In this document: piece after piece, positions 1-10,408 of the stretch
Layout: each line of letters begins with the position of its first letter
How positions within the stretch are numbered: the stretch's first letter is position 1
Origin: a virus
IMG/VR virus record: IMGVR_UViG_3300033146_003076
Location: 1-64,000 of that record
DNA: 64,000 bases
Direction: 5' to 3' (one strand)
Position numbers and translations under genes: made by a program
Notes under the pieces: generated by a model
What the model saw: the letters and a program-made list of their open reading frames with translations, nothing else
Database searches by the model: none
What the model was told of the DNA's origin: nothing

Positions 1-2
1 AT

Positions 3-1364
3 ACTGATGACGAATTATGTGGTGTACAAAAATATCCTTGTAAGACTTTAACTAAAGCTATGAGTATTGCTTCAACACAAAGTTTCAAAAAGATTCAACT
101 TGCTGGTAATTTAACTCTTGACCAAAGTGTAAGTGGAATGGAATTTATAAGTTGGAAAAACGGTCAAGTTGATTTAAACAGTCAATTAAGTTATGGTACT
201 CTTTTTAGAAAAACATACTTAGAAGGAACTATGAATGGGATAATTATGGCTTATGGTTGTAGGATTGGAAATTTACAAAATATCCAAGGATATTTAGAAG
301 GGTGTCTTTTCTTAGAAGAAACTCCTTTAGTAATGAAAGCTAATGGTAGTATTCTTATGTTTAACTGTGCTTCGGCTATAGCAGGTAATGCCTCTCCTGT
401 ATTTGATTATTCTAATGGTGGTATTGACTTATCTATGAGAGCTTATTCAGGTGGTATTAAAATTATAAATTCTACAGATGCTGATAATGTTTCAACTTAT
501 GAATTTATTGCTGGTAAATTTAATTTTGATAATAGTAATACTGCTGGAGATTTTAGTGTGAGAGGAGTTGTTGATACATCTAATATTGATTTAACCGCTA
601 CTGCAAATGTACAATATACAGGTTCAGTTTCTACTAATCGTGTTGAAGAATATGGTGGAGTAATACATCTTGATACTGTTAATGGTACTGATGGTTCTTC
701 ATATCCTATTGGTTTATCTCATGGTTCGGAGGCTTGTAAAACTTTAGCAAATGCTTTATTATTAGCCGAGGAATTTAAATGTAATATTATTGAATTAGAT
801 GGTGCTTTAACTATTACTACCGGTCAAGATATAAGTAATAAAACTATAATAGCTGAACGAAGTTTGGGTAATACTGTTACTGTTGAAACTGGTGCTATTA
901 CCAATGGAACATATTTTGAGAATGTTACTGTTGGTGGTGTTATGAATGGGTCTGTTAGATATACAAATTGTGTTATTACTGGTGTTGCTAATTTTGATGG
1001 TGGTGCTAAGAACTCACTAATTGTTGGAGATATAACTATAAGTGGTACTGGTTCAAATAATTTCACTGAGTGTGATACTTATATAACTTCATCTACTAAT
1101 CTTAATATTACTGTTGGTTCTGGTAATTTAAACATTATTAAAGGACGGATGGGTATTAATCTTCTTGGTAAAACTGGTGCAGAAGCATTAGTTATAGATT
1201 TAATTGCTGGTAGAGTAAATGTAGAATCATCTTGTGTTGCAGGTACTGTTATGGTTGCAGGTAATGCTAGTGTTGTAGATAATAGTTCATCAGGTTGTAC
1301 TGTGGATATATCAGCTTTAACAACAAGAAGACAAGAAACTAATAATAATATTTTTGGAGCATAA
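3..1364 (+). CDS. Virion structural protein, beta-helix-like, 5'-truncated by the window edge
   Basis: The frame is open from position 3, upstream of the ATG at 60. The protein is G/T/N/S-rich and has an internal repeat (YPCKTLTKAM vs EACKTLANAL). Confidence 0.5.
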   Translation, partial: TDDELCGVQKYPCKTLTKAMSIASTQSFKKIQLAGNLTLDQSVSGMEFISWKNGQVDLNSQLSYGTLFRKTYLEGTMNGIIMAYGCRIGNLQNIQGYLEGCLFLEETPLVMKANGSILMFNCASAIAGNASPVFDYSNGGIDLSMRAYSGGIKIINSTDADNVSTYEFIAGKFNFDNSNTAGDFSVRGVVDTSNIDLTATANVQYTGSVSTNRVEEYGGVIHLDTVNGTDGSSYPIGLSHGSEACKTLANALLLAEEFKCNIIELDGALTITTGQDISNKTIIAERSLGNTVTVETGAITNGTYFENVTVGGVMNGSVRYTNCVITGVANFDGGAKNSLIVGDITISGTGSNNFTECDTYITSSTNLNITVGSGNLNIIKGRMGINLLGKTGAEALVIDLIAGRVNVESSCVAGTVMVAGNASVVDNSSSGCTVDISALTTRRQETNNNIFGA

Positions 1365-1677
1365 AAAAATGAAAGAGACGATAGAAAAACATCAATTAAA
1401 GATTACAATAGGAGTCGCTGTAGTGGTTTTATTATTTATTATTGGAGCGACCGTACAATTTTCAAGTTGGAAAGCTAATATGGAACAAGATATTACATTA
1501 CTTGAAAAAGGTATGGAGCATCATACTCGTGCTTATGCTGAGCATGACACTAGGTTAGATTTATTAGAAAGTGAAAATACAGATATACAGGTACGACTTG
1601 CAATGATTGAAACTAAACTAACAAATATCGAAACTATATTAATTGAAATTAAAGAAGATTTAAAAAAAGGTAGGTGA
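1354..1677 (+). CDS. Single-TM coiled-coil membrane protein (holin-like candidate)
   Basis: Hydrophobic ITIGVAVVVLLFIIGATV followed by a heptad coiled coil. The true start is probably the ATG at 1369. Confidence 0.45.
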   Translation: MEHKKMKETIEKHQLKITIGVAVVVLLFIIGATVQFSSWKANMEQDITLLEKGMEHHTRAYAEHDTRLDLLESENTDIQVRLAMIETKLTNIETILIEIKEDLKKGR

Positions 1678-1683
1678 ATTAAA

Positions 1684-2508
1684 TTGAGTTATCAAGACAA
1701 TGTACAACACAAAAATGATTGGTCCATTGAATTACAAGTGTCTGGGAGACAACCTCCTAAAATTATTACTTGGGATTTTCGTAATAGAGAAGTTTTACCT
1801 ACTTTCTGGTTTTCTGATGTACATTTAGGTCATCAACAATGCGATTTAGATTTGTTTAAAGCTAATGTTGATAGAGTTGGTGAGAAAGGAATACCTTGTG
1901 CAGATTTAGGAGATTTAATAGAAAATGCTACCAGAGATAGTGTTGGTAGTGGTGTTTATGACCAACAAGAAATAGCTCAGGAACAATTAGAACACGCTGT
2001 TGAATTATATAAACCATTAGCTGATGCAGGATTATTGAAAAGTATGCAACCAGGTAATCATGAGTTAAGATGTTATAATCAAGGTGGAATAAATCTCACC
2101 AGAGTCATGGCTAAAATGCTTGATGTTCAATATGGTGGTGTTGGTATTGTACATTATATTATGGTTGGTAAAGAAAGATATACAGTATATTCAACACATG
2201 GTGGCGGTGGTTCAACAACACCTGCTGGAAAACTTAATGCTATGTTAAGATTAGAAAAAATAGTAAACACAGATTTATATATACAAGGTCATGTTCACGA
2301 TACATTATATCAAGCAAGACAATTTTTTGATTTCAATAAAAGTGGTAGACATTTAGTAAAAAAGAAAAAACATTTCGTTTGTAATGGTGCTTACTTAGAT
2401 TATTGGGGTAGTTATGGACAAGTTAAAGCATACTCTCCAACTAATAAAGGTAATGCCCAGATAACTTTTGATGGAACAAAACATGAAACTAAGGTAAGTT
2501 TCGTTTAA
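1684..2508 (+). CDS. Calcineurin-like metallophosphoesterase
   Basis: Motifs SDVHLG, GDLIE, GNHE, THG and GHVH in canonical order. Confidence 0.9.
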   Translation: MSYQDNVQHKNDWSIELQVSGRQPPKIITWDFRNREVLPTFWFSDVHLGHQQCDLDLFKANVDRVGEKGIPCADLGDLIENATRDSVGSGVYDQQEIAQEQLEHAVELYKPLADAGLLKSMQPGNHELRCYNQGGINLTRVMAKMLDVQYGGVGIVHYIMVGKERYTVYSTHGGGGSTTPAGKLNAMLRLEKIVNTDLYIQGHVHDTLYQARQFFDFNKSGRHLVKKKKHFVCNGAYLDYWGSYGQVKAYSPTNKGNAQITFDGTKHETKVSFV

Positions 2509-2534
2509 AAATAAGAAATAATAGGTGAAAAAAT

Positions 2535-2954
2535 ATGGCATTAAAATTAGTAAAAGATTATAAAGGTTATGAAGCAGAATATTGGAAAATTAACGAGTTT
2601 CGTTACAATATTTTACAGGGTAGATGTGAAGTTATGTTAACTTTATATAAAGATAAATCTGTTCGTGATAGTTCCATTTCTGAGTTTATTTATAATGAAA
2701 CTTTAAGTTTTGATTATTCTTCAGAACCTACTTTGGCTTCACTTTATGTTAAGATCAAAGAACCAAACATGAAAATTGTTTATGATAATTTAAGGAATGT
2801 TACTTATATAAATGCAGATAATGAGGCTATTGATGCTACTGTGTTACAGAAAGAAGATGGTAGTTATTATTATGTTGATGATAATGATGCAGAAATTGTT
2901 GTTACTATTTTAAAAGAGAATGTGAACCCTTTTTCAGGTTCCGTTGATTGTTAG
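2535..2954 (+). CDS. Hypothetical virion/tail-fibre-associated protein
   Basis: ORF with GGTGA RBS in the structural module. Confidence 0.4.
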   Translation: MALKLVKDYKGYEAEYWKINEFRYNILQGRCEVMLTLYKDKSVRDSSISEFIYNETLSFDYSSEPTLASLYVKIKEPNMKIVYDNLRNVTYINADNEAIDATVLQKEDGSYYYVDDNDAEIVVTILKENVNPFSGSVDC

Positions 2955-3347
2955 GTGAATATTATGACTTGTGAAAATACTAAAGATTATATTACAGAAA
3001 CTGATAATGTTTTTATTACTTATGTTGGTGATACTTTTATTAGGGATGAGGTTGTTGTAGATTCTGATGGTAATGCTATCGATATTACTGGTTACACTAT
3101 TTATTTTACTGTAAAGAAAAGTTATTCTGATTCTGATACTAATGCTGTTATTAAGAATACTATAACTACTTTTACTTCTGATTCTGAGGGTAAATATCAA
3201 TTAGTTGTTTCTAGTACTCTTACTTCTGCAATGGTTCCTGGCATTTATGTTTGTGACATAAAGACTAAAGATGCTAGTGATAATATTACTACTATCAAAA
3301 ACGGTAACTTTATTGTAAAAAGTAGTGTAACTGATGATACTTCTTAA
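2955..3347 (+). CDS. BppU-N-like baseplate/adaptor protein
   Basis: Pattern GDTF...DSDGNAIDITGYTIYFTVK...PGIYVCDI...GNFIVK is typical of BppU N-terminal domains. Confidence 0.65.
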   Translation: MNIMTCENTKDYITETDNVFITYVGDTFIRDEVVVDSDGNAIDITGYTIYFTVKKSYSDSDTNAVIKNTITTFTSDSEGKYQLVVSSTLTSAMVPGIYVCDIKTKDASDNITTIKNGNFIVKSSVTDDTS

Positions 3348-3373
3348 TTTTTTCTTCTTTTTCTTTCTTTTTT
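3346..3373 (+). terminator. Oligo(T) terminator
   Basis: T-rich run directly after the stop codon and before the late promoter. Confidence 0.5.
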
Positions 3374-3386
3374 CTGGGATTTAACC

Positions 3387-3414
3387 GGAATCTTTATAAA
3401 TAAATTTAATCATA
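3387..3414 (+). promoter_or_regulatory. Archaeal-type late promoter, copy 1 (TTTATAAATAAATTTAATCATA)
   Basis: TATA box at 3393-3400, with the ATG at 3425 and no RBS (leaderless). 22 bp are identical to 16084-16105. Confidence 0.7.
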
Positions 3415-3424
3415 TTATATTAGT

Positions 3425-4981
3425 ATGGAAAAGAATATATCTGTACAAGAAATCATACATCATCCTGTTTTCAAGAAAATTGTATCTAAATTATCTGAGG
3501 GAACAAAATATTCTGGTTCTGATTTAGAGAAAGATGTAAAATTACCTTATGTTATTAAAGACAAAATTTTAATGAGTCCTGGTGTTTGGAATTCTTTTTT
3601 CTATTCAACTGATGCTATAATTTCTGCTTTTAAAAATACTGATTGGGAAGATAAAGAAGTACGTTCTTTATTTTTAGATCATGAAGACCGTAATGCCCGT
3701 GAATGGGTTGGTGAAGTAAATAATATTAGATTAAATGGTGAAAATCTTATTGGTGATTTGGTTATTGTTGATAAGAATACTGCGATTAAATTAGCTTATG
3801 GTGCTAAGATGGGTATTTCCCCTAAAGTCCATGGTGGTAATGATGATGGTAAGATGATTGATTTTTTATACGATAATTTTAGTGTTGTTATCAATCCTGC
3901 TATTAAAACTGCTTATATTAATAATAGTCAAAAAGAAGACTTAAAAAGTAAAAAACCTTATGGTGATGTTAGTTATGCTGACCCTGGTTATCAAAAAGAT
4001 GGTATGTTTCGTTATCCTTTGGATACTGTAAATCATGTCCGTTCTGCTTGGAATTATATTAATATGCCTAAAAATCAGAAATTTTATTCTGAGTCTGAAC
4101 TTGGTAAAATAAAATCTAAGATTAAACAGGCTGCTGAACGCCAAGATATTGAAATAAAAAATTCGGAGACAGAATTATCAGAATTACCTTTATTAGAAAG
4201 GGGTGCTGTAATAGAACGTCTTCATCATGATACTTATTTGTCATTAGTTAATTTTGTTAATGAACAGGGAGAATTACCTCCTGCACAATTTCTTTATGAA
4301 TCTCTTGCTAGAGATAATTTAAAGTATAACAAGAATTATTATGACAGAGAGGATAAATTAAAAAGTATATCAATAGATATTCAGGAGGTAACAAAAATGT
4401 CTGAAGAACAAACAGAAAATAAACCTGATGAGCAAGTTCAAGAAGTTAAAACTGAAGAAGTTAAAACTGAAGAAGTTAAAACTGAAGAAGTTAAAACTGA
4501 AGAAGTTAAAACAGAAGAAGTTAAGACTGAGGTTAAAGAGGAATCTGCAACTGAAGAAGTTAAAGCTGACGAAGTTAAGACTGAGGAAGTTAAAACAGAA
4601 GAACCTGCACAGGCAACAAACGAAATGAGCGATGTTATGGCTTTATTAAAAGACATACAATCAAAAATATCTGCTAATAGTGATGCAATTAAAGAAATGC
4701 AAGAAACAAAAAAAGAAAAAGCTGATGTTAAAAAAGACGATAAAAAGGAAGACGAAAAAGCTGAAAAAGTAGAAAAAGAAGTTATCAAGGATGATAAAAA
4801 GGAAGAAAAAAAGATGTCTGATAATGAAAAAACAATTCAAGAGATGTCCGAAAAGATTAATGTTTTAGAAGGTAAATTAAATGAACCTGAAAAACTAATA
4901 AAAAAAGTGGCTGAATTAAGTCAATCAACTGATACTGTTGATGCTGATGATTCATTTATGTCATTATTAAAATCATGCTAA
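3425..4981 (+). CDS. Prohead protease-scaffold fusion with DUF6582-like insert
   Basis: N-terminal FLDH...WVG...GISP...FSVVINPA protease-like motifs, then a YADPGYQ..RYPLDT..HVRSAW domain and an E/K-rich coiled-coil C-terminus. Directly upstream of the MCP. Confidence 0.8.
   Translation: MEKNISVQEIIHHPVFKKIVSKLSEGTKYSGSDLEKDVKLPYVIKDKILMSPGVWNSFFYSTDAIISAFKNTDWEDKEVRSLFLDHEDRNAREWVGEVNNIRLNGENLIGDLVIVDKNTAIKLAYGAKMGISPKVHGGNDDGKMIDFLYDNFSVVINPAIKTAYINNSQKEDLKSKKPYGDVSYADPGYQKDGMFRYPLDTVNHVRSAWNYINMPKNQKFYSESELGKIKSKIKQAAERQDIEIKNSETELSELPLLERGAVIERLHHDTYLSLVNFVNEQGELPPAQFLYESLARDNLKYNKNYYDREDKLKSISIDIQEVTKMSEEQTENKPDEQVQEVKTEEVKTEEVKTEEVKTEEVKTEEVKTEVKEESATEEVKADEVKTEEVKTEEPAQATNEMSDVMALLKDIQSKISANSDAIKEMQETKKEKADVKKDDKKEDEKAEKVEKEVIKDDKKEEKKMSDNEKTIQEMSEKINVLEGKLNEPEKLIKKVAELSQSTDTVDADDSFMSLLKSC
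4397..4981 (+). CDS. Putative nested in-frame scaffold protein
   Basis: Strong RBS GGAGGT 7 nt before the in-frame ATG at 4397 (codon 325). Confidence 0.55.
   Translation: MSEEQTENKPDEQVQEVKTEEVKTEEVKTEEVKTEEVKTEEVKTEVKEESATEEVKADEVKTEEVKTEEPAQATNEMSDVMALLKDIQSKISANSDAIKEMQETKKEKADVKKDDKKEDEKAEKVEKEVIKDDKKEEKKMSDNEKTIQEMSEKINVLEGKLNEPEKLIKKVAELSQSTDTVDADDSFMSLLKSC
4442..4603 (+). repeat. 15-bp tandem repeat encoding EEVKT
   Basis: GAAGTTAAAACTGAA repeated about 6 times in tandem, plus degenerate copies. Confidence 0.95.
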
Positions 4982-5002
4982 TAACATGGAGGTCAAAATA
5001 AA

Positions 5003-5941
5003 ATGAAACAAACAATACAAGAATTAGCTGGAGAAACAACAACTTCAACTACTGGAATTAATACAGTACAGGGAAAGGAATGGTTGGACTCTGTGTTAAG
5101 AACTGCTCAACAAAAGATGTACTTTCATCAATTTGCTAAGGTGGTTAATACTGGAAAAGGTAATAAAGAAATTGCTGTCCCTATAGCTACAACTAACAAA
5201 GTTTTCACATCTGTGTCAACTCAAGCTGCTCTTAGAACAATGACAGAAATTGACAATTTAAATGCTGTTGTATTTACACCAGTAACTGCTAAATTAGGTG
5301 CTATCATATCTAAAGACGCTATTGATACATCACGTGTAGATTTAATCTCTTTCGCTAGAGAACAAATTGCTTATGATGCTGCATTAATGATTGATCAATC
5401 ATTTGCAACTGCTATCGAAGCTGCTTCAAGTCCTGCTGCTACATTATATGGTGGTGCCGCTACAAGTACTGCTACACTTGCTGATGGAGACGTTATTACA
5501 ACTGCTTTACTTGCAAAATGTCAAAGATACTTAAAAGCTAATGGATGGATGCCTGAACCTGATAAACCATTTGTATGTTTTATCCCTGCTGTTGCTGAAG
5601 AAACTTTCTTAGGTGACACACAATTCACTAATGCCGAAAAATATGGTAGTAATGAAGTTGTAATGAACGGTGAAATTGGTAAATATCTTGGTATAAAAAT
5701 AATTGTAACTGAACAATGTCCTTCTCATTCCGATTGGGGAAGTGGAAGTGATGTAGATGGTCACAGTTGTTTCTTAGCTAAATCTAAAGTTTCCTATGGT
5801 ATTGGTTACAGAGAACAACCAAAATTAGATTGGGAATACAAAAAAGATGAAGCTGCTTACAAGATCTATTTAGATATGGCTTATCAATGTAAAACATTAC
5901 AAGAAAATGCTCTTGTAGTTTTAAAAGTAACAGATATTTAG
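5003..5941 (+). CDS. Major capsid protein (HK97 fold)
   Basis: 312 aa, follows the scaffold, contains the NGEIGKYLGIKIIVT motif, has a strong GGAGG RBS and is followed by a terminator. Confidence 0.9.
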   Translation: MKQTIQELAGETTTSTTGINTVQGKEWLDSVLRTAQQKMYFHQFAKVVNTGKGNKEIAVPIATTNKVFTSVSTQAALRTMTEIDNLNAVVFTPVTAKLGAIISKDAIDTSRVDLISFAREQIAYDAALMIDQSFATAIEAASSPAATLYGGAATSTATLADGDVITTALLAKCQRYLKANGWMPEPDKPFVCFIPAVAEETFLGDTQFTNAEKYGSNEVVMNGEIGKYLGIKIIVTEQCPSHSDWGSGSDVDGHSCFLAKSKVSYGIGYREQPKLDWEYKKDEAAYKIYLDMAYQCKTLQENALVVLKVTDI

Positions 5942-5950
5942 ATATATCTG

Positions 5951-5977
5951 ATTTTTTTATTTTTTATTTTTTATTTT
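5951..5977 (+). terminator. Oligo(T) terminator after the MCP
   Basis: ATTTTTTTATTTTTTATTTTTTATTTT; a near-identical run follows the tail tube gene. Confidence 0.7.
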
Positions 5978-5996
5978 AAATGTTAAGGTTTAAAAA

Positions 5997-6293
5997 ATGA
6001 ATATAAATGTTAAATTAAAAGAAGGCGTAAATGTTATTGCTAATAGTAAATTAACTATGCGTAATGGAAAAGAGTATTCTATTTCTGAAGATTTGTATGA
6101 TTCTTCTGTTATGGATAAAATCAAATCTGTTTTTGCTAAAGTTGAAAAACATATTGTTGATGAAATTCCAAAAGAAGAAGTTAAGGTAAAACCTGTTTCT
6201 TCTGGTATAACTACTACTGATAGTCTTTATAATATGGATAATGGTGTTGGTAATAACAAATATAAACAATCTTTGAAAAAAAAGAAATATTAA
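5997..6293 (+). CDS. Hypothetical head-associated protein
   Basis: ORF immediately after the MCP. Confidence 0.4.
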   Translation: MNINVKLKEGVNVIANSKLTMRNGKEYSISEDLYDSSVMDKIKSVFAKVEKHIVDEIPKEEVKVKPVSSGITTTDSLYNMDNGVGNNKYKQSLKKKKY

Positions 6294-6331
6294 TTTTTTT
6301 ATAAATATAAAATATGGGATGGTAATAAAAT

Positions 6332-6817
6332 ATGGCTGCAATTTTTACTTGGAAAGAATATAATGGTGCTGGAGGCACAGAAACCGATATTACTAATTTG
6401 AATATGGGTGATTTGGATCAAGCTAATATTGCTACCCCTTCTGATTATCCTATTATGGCTGGTTCTAATACTTTTGAAAAATATGTTAAAGGTGGTTTTA
6501 CTGGCACATTTTCTACAATAAATAATTTCCGATTTTATTTAAGTATCGGAACAATTCAAGCTAATGATCATATTTATTTCAATGGTCAAATTACTTCTTA
6601 TACTCAACCTATAAAAACTGATAGTACTATTGCTACTGTTGATATTCCTACTACTGAACCTGGTACTGCTAATGTTAGTATTGGGGGTAATTTATTGGGT
6701 AGTTTATCTGCTCCTGGAACAAGTGATTATATTGTTTTACAATATTCTTCTGCTTATGCTTCTGGTGTTGGTCAACAAGGCCCATTCACTTATACTTTTG
6801 TTTATGACGAGGCTTGA
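6332..6817 (+). CDS. Virion structural protein
   Basis: Beta-rich G/T/S protein ending FVYDEA, within the structural module. Confidence 0.5.
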   Translation: MAAIFTWKEYNGAGGTETDITNLNMGDLDQANIATPSDYPIMAGSNTFEKYVKGGFTGTFSTINNFRFYLSIGTIQANDHIYFNGQITSYTQPIKTDSTIATVDIPTTEPGTANVSIGGNLLGSLSAPGTSDYIVLQYSSAYASGVGQQGPFTYTFVYDEA

Positions 6818-6917
6818 GCACATCCTTTTTCCAAAAAAGCAAAAACTAAAAATTCAAATTCACAGACATTTTATGTCTTAATCAAACTAATACAATAGTT
6901 AAAAGGAATTCAATACA

Positions 6918-7295
6918 ATGTGGACAGCTTATTATAAAGATGGAAGTTTATTAACTCAATATCCTGATAATGGTAATGAGAATCTTTTTTCTGATATTGT
7001 CCAAGATAATTTGGTTGGATTTCTTGTTGAAACAAAAAACAATTATCGTGTTTATGTTGACATAAAGAGTAAATTTATTGAGGTTAATGGTAAAAAAACT
7101 ATTTTCCCTGAAATTGATACTCCTTTTAGGTTAATATATTTTCGTCGTAATTATGTTTCCATTGTGTTTGGCAGTAATAATAAAATACCTAAAAAAGTAT
7201 TTTCTCATGTTGGCTGGCAAACTACTACAAAAGATGGAAAAAACAAGAAATATGTTTTAGGTTTATATGATAACCATGTTGAGGTTGTTTTATAA
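6918..7295 (+). CDS. Conserved phage hypothetical protein
   Basis: Pattern W.A.Y.DG..L.QY...LIYFRR...GWQ. Confidence 0.45.
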   Translation: MWTAYYKDGSLLTQYPDNGNENLFSDIVQDNLVGFLVETKNNYRVYVDIKSKFIEVNGKKTIFPEIDTPFRLIYFRRNYVSIVFGSNNKIPKKVFSHVGWQTTTKDGKNKKYVLGLYDNHVEVVL

Positions 7296-7483
7296 TGTCT
7301 GAAAAAACAGAGTCTCTTTCTTTTGAAAGGACTGTAAAAATTGAGTTAACATCTCAAGCTAGAAAGGTATTAAGTTATACTGATATATCTGAAGAAGATG
7401 TTGTTAATGATTATATAAAAAAAAACAAATTTTCTATTGGTGGACACAATATTGTTGTTTACTTAGAAAATTTAAATAGGTGA
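7295..7483 (+). CDS. Hypothetical protein
   Basis: TAATG translational coupling with the upstream gene. Confidence 0.4.
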   Translation: MSEKTESLSFERTVKIELTSQARKVLSYTDISEEDVVNDYIKKNKFSIGGHNIVVYLENLNR

Positions 7484-10407
7484 ATAAAAAAATGGCTGCT
7501 CCTTTAATTACAAGAAATATTGGGGATATAATTCCCTCTGAAGATCACAATGATATAATGCCTTATATTGAGGATGGTACTTATAGAGTTAATACTTTAT
7601 CTTTATCTTTGGGAGGTACTTCTGTTTTAACTTCTTCTTTATTATTAGAAAATGTTACTGTTGGTACTCCTTCTACTGATTTAGAAATAGCGAATAAAGC
7701 TTATGTTGATACTCAAATCTCAGGAGAAGATATTTGGGATAGAACTGGAACAACTGTCACATTTCATTATTCTGGTGACAATTTAAATTTGGGTGCGGGA
7801 AATATTATAACTTCTGGAACTGTTGATACTAGAAATGTTAGTGTTGATGGAAGTACATTAGATACACTTAAAACTAAGACTGATTTCGTTACCGTGACTC
7901 AAGCAGTAAATCTTGATACTATGGAAAGTGATATTACTGCTAATAATGCTAAAATAAGTTATACTGATTCGGCTGCTGTTGGGTTAAATACTACTCATAG
8001 AACAAGTGATGGTAAAAATCATTCAGATGTTGTTGCTAATAATGCTAAAATATCTTATACTGATTCCGCTGCCGTTGGATTGAATACAACTCATAGAGGT
8101 TTAAGTGATAATCCTCATACTGTAACAAAGTCTCAAGTATCTTTAGGTAATGTTCCTAATGTAGATTGTACTAATGCTAGTAATATTAGTTCTGGTACTT
8201 TACCAAGTTCGGTGTTACCACCTGTTGCATTAACTGAAGTTTCTGTTTATGCTGATGAGAGTGCTATGTTAGCAGCTACAACTCAAGAAGGAGACGTTGG
8301 TGTTAGAAGTGATCAAAATAAGTCTTATATGCATAATGGTGGTTCAGCTGGGACTATGGCTGATTGGACTGAGTTACAAACTCCGACTGATAGTGTTTTA
8401 AGTGTTAATGGTGAAACTGGTACTGTTGTTTTAAATCAAGATGAAGTATTGGATGGTTCTACTTATGTTCGAACTGAAAACAATTATACTAATACTGAGA
8501 AAAGTAATTTAAATAATCAAAGTGGTACTAATACTGGTGATCAAGATATAAGTGGCATTACTACTAATGCTTCTGATATTGATGATATTGAAACAAAAAC
8601 AGATTTTGTTACTGTAACTCAAGCAGTAAATCTTGATACTATGGAAAGTAACATTTCCACTAATAATGCTAAAATAAGTTATACTGATGGAACAAAAGTT
8701 GGGTTTATATCTGTTACACAAGCAGTAAATCTTGATACCATGGAAAGTAATATTACTACTAATAATGGTAAAATAAGTTATACTGACGCTGCTGCCGTAA
8801 CATTGAATACGGCTAAAATTACTAATCAAACACATACCGGTGATGTAACTGGTTCTACTGAATTAACAATAGCAGATAATGCTATTACTAATGTTAAAAT
8901 AGCTGATGATGCCGTTGGTCTTAATGAGTTAAGTGCTACAGGTACAGCGTCAAGTTCTAACTTCTTAAGAGGAGATAATACTTGGGCTACTCCTTCTGGT
9001 AGTGGGAATGTTTCTACAAGTGGAACTCCTGTTGATAATGATTGGGCTAGGTTTGTTGGTGCTACTGATATTGAAGGATTATCTGATAGTGAAATGAAAT
9101 CAGCTTTAGGTTTAGTTTCTGGCACAGATTTTTATAGTAAAAGTGCTGTTGATACTTGGAGAGATGGTGTAACTCAAACAGAGATGGGTTATGTAGCTGG
9201 TGTTTCTAGTGATATTCAAACTCAATTAAATAATAAACAATCTACTTTAACTTTTGGTATTTCTGATACTAATGCTGTTGATATCGATAGTGCTAGTGTT
9301 GTTGATAATGATTATGCAAAATTCACTGCTAATGGATTAGAAGGCAGAAGTTATACTGAAGTAAAAACAGATTTAAGTTTAAATAATGTACCTAATGTTG
9401 ATTGTACTAACGCAAGTAATATTACAACAGGTACTTTACCTAGTAGTGTGTTACCACCTGTTGCTTTAACTACTGTTGCGGTGTATGCTAATGAGGGTGC
9501 TATGTTAGCTGCTACAACGGAAGAAGGAGACGTTGGAGTTAGAAGTGACGAAGATAAAAGTTATATGCGTAATAGTGGTTCAGCTGGTACAATGGCAGAT
9601 TGGACTGAGTTACAAACTCCTACTGATAGTGTGTTGAGTGTTAATGGTGAAACAGGAACTGTTGTTTTAAATCAAGATGAAGTATTGGATGGTTCTACTT
9701 ATGTAAGAACTCATAATGATTTAACTGACACTTTGGCTGGGAATATTGCAACTAATAATGGTAAAATAAGTTATACTGATGCAACTGCCGTTGGATTAAA
9801 TACAGCTAAAATTACTAATGCTACCCATACCGGGGAAGTTACTGGTGCTACTACTTTAACTATTGCTGATAATATTATAGATGAAGCAAATTTAAAATTG
9901 GATGAAGCTGCTGTTAATGATTATGTCTTAACTGCTGATTCTAGTAAGACTGGCGGTATGAAATGGGCTGCAGCTGGTGCTGGTGGAAGTGGTACTGCTT
10001 ATACAGTAGAAAGGGTATTAGAGAATGAAATATTTACTAAAACATTTATGCAAATTCCTATCACAGATGAACTTAGTGGTAAAGATGTTAAAGAAGTAAG
10101 ACTAAGTTTAGGTGGATTACCAACTGGTCAAGCTGTTAAAGTGGACGTTCGGAAAAATGGGACAGCTACAACTGATAGTATATTTACAGGGGATGTTCCT
10201 ATTGAAATTGCTACTACTCAAACTGCTACTAATGGTGTGTACCAAAGTGGTTGTGATATAAGTGGTAGTACAACAGGTTCTGCTGGAACTACAATAGATT
10301 CTGCAAGAGATACTTTAGCTGCGGATGATGTATTGTGGGTAATAATTTCACAAGTAGGAAGTACTTTAACAGGTAGTGACTTAAATGTCCAGGTGGTAAT
10401 TAATTAA
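7480..10407 (+). CDS. Long fibre protein with internal repeats
   Basis: 975 aa and T/S/D/N-rich, with fibre motifs ([50 protein letters not shown]). The start is probably the ATG at 7492. Confidence 0.8.
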   Translation: MNKKMAAPLITRNIGDIIPSEDHNDIMPYIEDGTYRVNTLSLSLGGTSVLTSSLLLENVTVGTPSTDLEIANKAYVDTQISGEDIWDRTGTTVTFHYSGDNLNLGAGNIITSGTVDTRNVSVDGSTLDTLKTKTDFVTVTQAVNLDTMESDITANNAKISYTDSAAVGLNTTHRTSDGKNHSDVVANNAKISYTDSAAVGLNTTHRGLSDNPHTVTKSQVSLGNVPNVDCTNASNISSGTLPSSVLPPVALTEVSVYADESAMLAATTQEGDVGVRSDQNKSYMHNGGSAGTMADWTELQTPTDSVLSVNGETGTVVLNQDEVLDGSTYVRTENNYTNTEKSNLNNQSGTNTGDQDISGITTNASDIDDIETKTDFVTVTQAVNLDTMESNISTNNAKISYTDGTKVGFISVTQAVNLDTMESNITTNNGKISYTDAAAVTLNTAKITNQTHTGDVTGSTELTIADNAITNVKIADDAVGLNELSATGTASSSNFLRGDNTWATPSGSGNVSTSGTPVDNDWARFVGATDIEGLSDSEMKSALGLVSGTDFYSKSAVDTWRDGVTQTEMGYVAGVSSDIQTQLNNKQSTLTFGISDTNAVDIDSASVVDNDYAKFTANGLEGRSYTEVKTDLSLNNVPNVDCTNASNITTGTLPSSVLPPVALTTVAVYANEGAMLAATTEEGDVGVRSDEDKSYMRNSGSAGTMADWTELQTPTDSVLSVNGETGTVVLNQDEVLDGSTYVRTHNDLTDTLAGNIATNNGKISYTDATAVGLNTAKITNATHTGEVTGATTLTIADNIIDEANLKLDEAAVNDYVLTADSSKTGGMKWAAAGAGGSGTAYTVERVLENEIFTKTFMQIPITDELSGKDVKEVRLSLGGLPTGQAVKVDVRKNGTATTDSIFTGDVPIEIATTQTATNGVYQSGCDISGSTTGSAGTTIDSARDTLAADDVLWVIISQVGSTLTGSDLNVQVVIN
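8149..9711 (+). repeat. Duplicated ~109-codon block in the fibre gene (8149-8475 and 9385-9711)
   Basis: [13 protein letters not shown]...[38 protein letters not shown] occurs twice. Confidence 0.9.
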
Positions 10408-10408
10408 A

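Noticed and set aside
4428-4788. Alternative-frame ORFs KKLKL(n) and SSVLT(n)
   Set aside because: They are shadows of the 15-bp EEVKT repeat.
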